This document shows, piece after piece, positions 44,108 to 47,824 of a stretch of 47,824 nucleotides of DNA. Source of the DNA: a virus (lineage: Duplodnaviria > Caudoviricetes); the IMG/VR virus record IMGVR_UViG_3300022666_000356, positions 1-47,824 of that record, one strand, 5' to 3'. A program made the translations under genes and the position numbers. The notes under the pieces are model-generated. The model saw only the letters and a list, made by a program, of their open reading frames with translations. It searched no databases and was not told the origin of the DNA. Numbering within the stretch: the stretch's first letter is position 1; each line of letters begins with the position of its first letter.

Positions 44108-44194
44108 CAAACCGCCAGCAGAGCGGAAAACAGCCTGACAAACCGACAAACCCGGCGACAAACCTGACAAACCGGGTGACAAACCCGACAAACC
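44036..44194 (+). repeat. Array of 11 perfect GACAAACC octamers (plus 2 variants)
   Basis: Starts at 44044, 44053, 44063, 44083, 44106, 44137, 44145, 44157, 44166, 44178, 44187; all same orientation. Confidence 0.93.
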
Positions 44195-44211
44195 GAAAAA
44201 GGAGCGGAGAA

Positions 44212-45261
44212 ATGGAGACAGCGACGATGTTACGAATTGGCGTAGACCCCGGCTTCGGGGGGATCAAGATGGCGGCGATCGAAAGCGCCGGCCAACAGAA
44301 AAGCGTCCATGTCCCCTCCGTCGTGGGGATCGGCGATACCGATCTGGGGCTGCTCTCGCTGAACGGCGCCTCCCGTCGCAAGCGCGAATTGCCCATCACT
44401 GTAGCCTGGGACGGCGTTTCCTACCTGGTCGGGGATCACGTCGGCGACTACGCCCGCGTCGTCGAACGGATGGATTTCAACCGGCTGCGGGACGGCTTTG
44501 AACTGCGAGCCCTGCTCTACGCCGCCCTGGGCAAACTGCTGGAAGGCGGGGAACACCGCGCCGCCCTCATGGTCGGCCTCCCCGTGGAAGTCATGGCAAA
44601 CAAGGAGCTGGCAAAGGAGACTCGCACCGCCCTGCGCGGTTGGCTCATAGGGGATCACACCTTCACCGTCGATACCGTCACGACTCAACTCCAGGTCGAA
44701 CAGCTTCAGGTGCTGGCCCAACCCGCCGGCGCTTACTTCGCCTGGGGCTTCGACAACCACGGCCGGCCTACCCGGTCTCCCGAGGATCTCCAGGACCCGG
44801 CCGCCATCTGCGACATCGGCTTCAATACCCTTGATCTCTTCGCCGTGGAAGATGGGCAGGTCAAGGCCAAGTTCACCGGCGGCGATGTGGTGGGGATGCG
44901 GCGAGCGGCCGATACCCTGGCCCGGATGGTCAAGAAGCAATACGGGGTAGCGCTCTCGCTCCATGAAGCCGACGCCCTGCTCCGCCAGACAAAGCCCCTC
45001 CTGGCTACCGCCGACGGACGCAAAGACTTGAGCGAAGCCGCCGGTGCCGCATTGAACTCGACCACGGGTGAGATCCTGGCCTTCCTTTCCAACCGCTGGG
45101 GCAACGGCCGGCAGTTCCGCCGGCTAATCTTCACCGGTGGCGGGGCCGAAGCTATCCATGCAGCCCTGGTCCGCGAGTATCCCCACGGCGTCATCCTGGA
45201 GAATCCGGTCCAGGCCAACGCTTTAGGCCTCGCCCGGGCGGCCATGGGGCTCTTTAAGTGA
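44212..45261 (+). CDS. ParM/StbA-family actin-like ATPase
   Basis: VDPGFGGIK, MVGLP, QPAGA, DIGFNTLD, FTGGGA, NALGL. Confidence 0.92.
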   Translation: METATMLRIGVDPGFGGIKMAAIESAGQQKSVHVPSVVGIGDTDLGLLSLNGASRRKRELPITVAWDGVSYLVGDHVGDYARVVERMDFNRLRDGFELRALLYAALGKLLEGGEHRAALMVGLPVEVMANKELAKETRTALRGWLIGDHTFTVDTVTTQLQVEQLQVLAQPAGAYFAWGFDNHGRPTRSPEDLQDPAAICDIGFNTLDLFAVEDGQVKAKFTGGDVVGMRRAADTLARMVKKQYGVALSLHEADALLRQTKPLLATADGRKDLSEAAGAALNSTTGEILAFLSNRWGNGRQFRRLIFTGGGAEAIHAALVREYPHGVILENPVQANALGLARAAMGLFK

Positions 45262-45267
45262 AGTGCT

Positions 45268-45303
45268 GCCACTTGACAACAGTTGACGCCACTTGACAGC
45301 AGT
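45268..45303 (+). repeat. 10-bp-period direct repeats between parM and parR (parC-like)
   Basis: ACTTGACAAC AGTTGACGCC ACTTGACAGC. Confidence 0.65.
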
Positions 45304-45318
45304 GAAATGAGGTAGGCT

Positions 45319-45675
45319 ATGGCAAAACGAAAAAAGGACCCAACGCGGCTGGGACTCAGGCTTTATCCCGGCGAGGACAATGATTTGATCGAATGGCTGG
45401 AAAGCTTAGAAACTCAACAATACGGGCAGAAAACCCTGGCTATCAAAACAGCCTTACGGCAAGGGATAGGACGAGGAGCAACCACACCCTCAACCGACCT
45501 GGATCTGAACCAGATCCGGGCCGTGGTCGAAGCCGGCGTCCAAAGCGGCTTCCTGCAAGCCTTGACCCGGCAAGGAGCCACCATCATTCAAACCACGCCG
45601 GCGCCGGCCCAAGAGGAATCCTCGCTGCTGACCCATATGGTCTCCGGGCTCATGCTGGAGGAGGATGAAGAATGA
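45319..45675 (+). CDS. ParR-like ribbon-helix-helix adaptor
   Basis: LGLRLYPGEDNDLIEWL...KTLAIKTALRQG, similar to 27643-27864. Confidence 0.7.
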   Translation: MAKRKKDPTRLGLRLYPGEDNDLIEWLESLETQQYGQKTLAIKTALRQGIGRGATTPSTDLDLNQIRAVVEAGVQSGFLQALTRQGATIIQTTPAPAQEESSLLTHMVSGLMLEEDEE

Positions 45676-45890
45676 ACGAACTACTTTTACAAGTCTTGAT
45701 CGACCGCCAGAAAGAGCTGGACCTGATCGACGCCGACTTCGCCCAACTCCTGGGATTGAGCCGCCCGCTCTGGCGAGCCATCAAAGGGGGGCGGCGGGAA
45801 ATCAGCCTGCGCCTGGTCCGGGGCGCCCTGCAAGCCTTCCCCGACCTGGAGCCCGTCATTCTGGGCTATCTCCGTTCCGCCGGCAACTAA
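45672..45890 (+). CDS. XRE/Cro-like HTH protein
   Basis: DADFAQLLGLSRPLWRAIKGGRR. Confidence 0.75.
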   Translation: MNELLLQVLIDRQKELDLIDADFAQLLGLSRPLWRAIKGGRREISLRLVRGALQAFPDLEPVILGYLRSAGN

Positions 45891-45928
45891 GGTCTGCAAT
45901 AAAACCAGGAGTAATACAGCAAATCATG

Positions 45929-46013
45929 TCTAAATAAATTCCCCGGGTACACCAGGTACCAGACATATAAGGGTTTTGCGCGGGGGGTACCTGGAGTACC
46001 CGGTGTACCTGGG
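45929..46013. repeat. Dyad of GGTACACC/GGTGTACC 9-bp repeats shared with 20697-20741
   Basis: Left arm 45929-45964 is an inverted copy; right arm 45987-46013 is a 26/27 direct copy of 20702-20728. Confidence 0.85.
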
Positions 46014-46087
46014 CAAAGTTTCCTATCATTATTCCGGCTGCACCTTAACATTTTAATGACAGTTTTTTTCAAGGAGGGCACACACCC

Positions 46088-46507
46088 ATGGCTCAATCCG
46101 TTGCCGAACACGCAATCCGCTTAGTCCTGGCCCACGCCGGCGCCGACCCGGCGACCTGCTCCCTGCCCCGGTTGGATCGACAGGCCAACATCATGGTCCA
46201 AAGAACGCCGGACAACCTCTACATCATCCTCATGGCTCCCAAGGGGCGGGATTCTCCGCTGGGCGCGACGATGGGCCTTGTGATCGGCACGGTGGTCGAG
46301 CTGAACCTGACCGAAGCCTGGATGCTGGTCCAGACGGAGCCCGACGAGGCGCCGCTCAAAGTCTGGGGACCGGCGGGCCGCCTGGCGCAAATCGTGAGGG
46401 GCAATGAAGTCTGGGCTCAGGGCCGGCTCTGTGCAGAAGGCGTGAAAGCCTCCTATGTGATCGTCACGGCTATCGGAGAGGGCGCATGTACAACGAAGTG
46501 CTCTTGA
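46088..46507 (+). CDS. Hypothetical protein (C-terminal half OB-fold-like)
   Basis: AAGGAGG RBS; GTVVEL...GNEVWAQGRL. Confidence 0.55.
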   Translation: MAQSVAEHAIRLVLAHAGADPATCSLPRLDRQANIMVQRTPDNLYIILMAPKGRDSPLGATMGLVIGTVVELNLTEAWMLVQTEPDEAPLKVWGPAGRLAQIVRGNEVWAQGRLCAEGVKASYVIVTAIGEGACTTKCS

Positions 46508-46908
46508 TCGGCTGGATCGTGCGGCCGGCGGAGCTGAAGCAGCCCGGCAGTGGAGAAAAGCACTTTGCCTCGACCAGTCTGAGCACCAAGCGCCGCTGGC
46601 GGGATCTCAACGGGATGGCACAGGAGAAAACGACCTTTCACACCATCGAGGCCTGGGAAGATCGGGCCCAGATCCTGGCCGAAGCCGCCCCCGGCGATTT
46701 GATTATGGTCGAAGGCTACATCGAGAACGAGGTCCACGACGGCAAGTTTCATTCCTCGGTGGTCGCGCAGAAGATCATGCGGCTGAAAACCAAGGACCAG
46801 GGCCGGCTGACCCGCCGGGGCTCGCTGGTGGACATCGTAGAGAGCCTGGACGATCACGATCGGGAAGTCATGCTGAAACTCTTGCTCAAAGCCATGGGAA
46901 GGAACTGA
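46486..46908 (+). CDS. Second, divergent SSB-like protein
   Basis: MYNEVLLIG, FHTIEAW, GDLIMVEGYI; lacks acidic IPF tail. Confidence 0.8.
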   Translation: MYNEVLLIGWIVRPAELKQPGSGEKHFASTSLSTKRRWRDLNGMAQEKTTFHTIEAWEDRAQILAEAAPGDLIMVEGYIENEVHDGKFHSSVVAQKIMRLKTKDQGRLTRRGSLVDIVESLDDHDREVMLKLLLKAMGRN

Positions 46909-46915
46909 AGACTAA

Positions 46916-47698
46916 ATGACGCTGCTCCGCCTTGAATTGACATCGCTCTACCAATATCACCCGGAGATCCGGCCGCCGGCGGTTTACCTGACCGGGCAGG
47001 AAGTGCTCCGCCTCTGCCGAGCCTTGATCGACCTCCCGGAGCCGGAAATGTACGAGGATTTCATCGCCGGCCTGACCCCGGCGCCGTCGGAGGCCCCGCC
47101 CGGGTACGTCGATCCCACGCGGGCCTACTCCGTGCTCCCCGGCGGCTCGATCCTGTTGGGAACCACGGTCAACCGGTGGATCGCCGCGCTGATCGAACAA
47201 GGGGCCGCCGTGGAATTCCTGGCCCTGGCCCGGAGCCTGCGGATCGAGTCCGCGCTGACCGCTGTAGAAAATCCAATTTCTCCGGCGGAGGGCCGGAGTC
47301 ACGAAAGGAGTCCGATGAACTGGAAACGTATTTTGATAGGGTTGAGTCTGGTCGCCATTGCCGGCAGTTTCGTCGCCGGCCTGCTGATCGCCCGTGAATT
47401 TCCCGAGCGCTTCCGCTGGATCGCCGGCTTTCCGATCGCCGGCCGCTACATCCAGGGCCACGCAGGCCTGGTCCGGGCGCAGGTGCTGGAATCGGGCGAA
47501 TCAGGCCTGGGGGACATCATCGACGTGCTGGCCCATCCGGAAATTGTGATGGAAACCGACGATGCCCGCGCTGCCATGCTCCTGCCTGGCGATTCCTTCA
47601 TTGCTTACTGCCAGATCACCGGGGACGGTGCCTCGCTCCGCATCCACGGCTGTCGGTTCATCCCGGTGGTGGATCGAGAAGTCGTCCCGCCGCAATGA
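46916..47698 (+). CDS. Hypothetical protein; strong in-frame internal start at 47315 (membrane-anchored part)
   Basis: GAAAGGAG before MNWKRILIGLSLVAIAG. Confidence 0.55.
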   Translation: MTLLRLELTSLYQYHPEIRPPAVYLTGQEVLRLCRALIDLPEPEMYEDFIAGLTPAPSEAPPGYVDPTRAYSVLPGGSILLGTTVNRWIAALIEQGAAVEFLALARSLRIESALTAVENPISPAEGRSHERSPMNWKRILIGLSLVAIAGSFVAGLLIAREFPERFRWIAGFPIAGRYIQGHAGLVRAQVLESGESGLGDIIDVLAHPEIVMETDDARAAMLLPGDSFIAYCQITGDGASLRIHGCRFIPVVDREVVPPQ

Positions 47699-47719
47699 GC
47701 GAGCCGAAGGATTGAGACC

Positions 47720-47824
47720 ATGGAAAAACCAATGGATTCTCCTTTGCATCGCCCGGCGTTCCGCTACCACGGCTCGAAATGGCGGCTGGCCGATTGGATC
47801 ATCGAAAGCTTCCCGCCGCATGAA
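47720..47824 (+). CDS. DNA adenine methyltransferase (Dam/D12 class), truncated by window end
   Basis: Hand translation MEKPMDSPLHRPAFRYHGSKWRLADWIIESFPPHE. Confidence 0.8.
   Translation, partial: MEKPMDSPLHRPAFRYHGSKWRLADWIIESFPPHE

Larger units (their letters stand above)
37333..47824. mobile_element. Second integrative element (ICE/plasmid/prophage early region), continues beyond window
   Basis: Own regulators, SSBs, FtsK, ParMR, methylase; paralogous to element 1 early module; no structural genes in view. Confidence 0.65.

Noticed and set aside
44036-44194. CRISPR array
   Set aside because: Units are 8 bp with short irregular gaps, no 25-45-bp repeat/spacer pattern, and no cas genes.

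Overview
The window holds two adjacent mobile elements, most likely from a Chloroflexota (Anaerolineae-like) host. The host call is an inference from the SSB sequence and the ATATA-rich membrane protein. Element 1 (~1-37332) is an HK97-like siphovirus prophage. It has a + strand late operon (holin-like genes, HNH, terminase, portal, Clp protease, capsid, tail; 619-20349) and a convergent - strand early operon (hypotheticals, helicase loader/inhibitor, replication initiator, FtsK-family translocase, ParR-like, ParM-like actin, two ParB-like proteins). It also has an inserted tyrosine-recombinase cassette, a repressor switch and a low-GC double-HIRAN gene, and it ends at a 3' tRNA fragment (att-like, 37295-37332). 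Element 2 (~37.4 kb to window end) is non-structural and carries a mirror-image paralogous module: membrane proteins, SSBs, FtsK, ParM, ParR, HTH and the start of a DNA adenine methylase. The most notable signal is that each element has an FtsK-like translocase with a C-terminal DNA-binding domain and its own short-repeat array over the 3' end of the gene (11 perfect GACAAACC copies in element 2; a CAA-based array in element 1). Membrane proteins and a ParMR-like pair lie next to each translocase. This layout recalls Streptomyces TraB/clt double-stranded DNA transfer and suggests a cell-to-cell spreading system, here carried by a tailed phage. Three promoter-driven, two-hairpin antisense RNA candidates and a shared GGTGTACC repeat site are also visible. 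All protein family calls come from reading motifs by eye, not from database searches.
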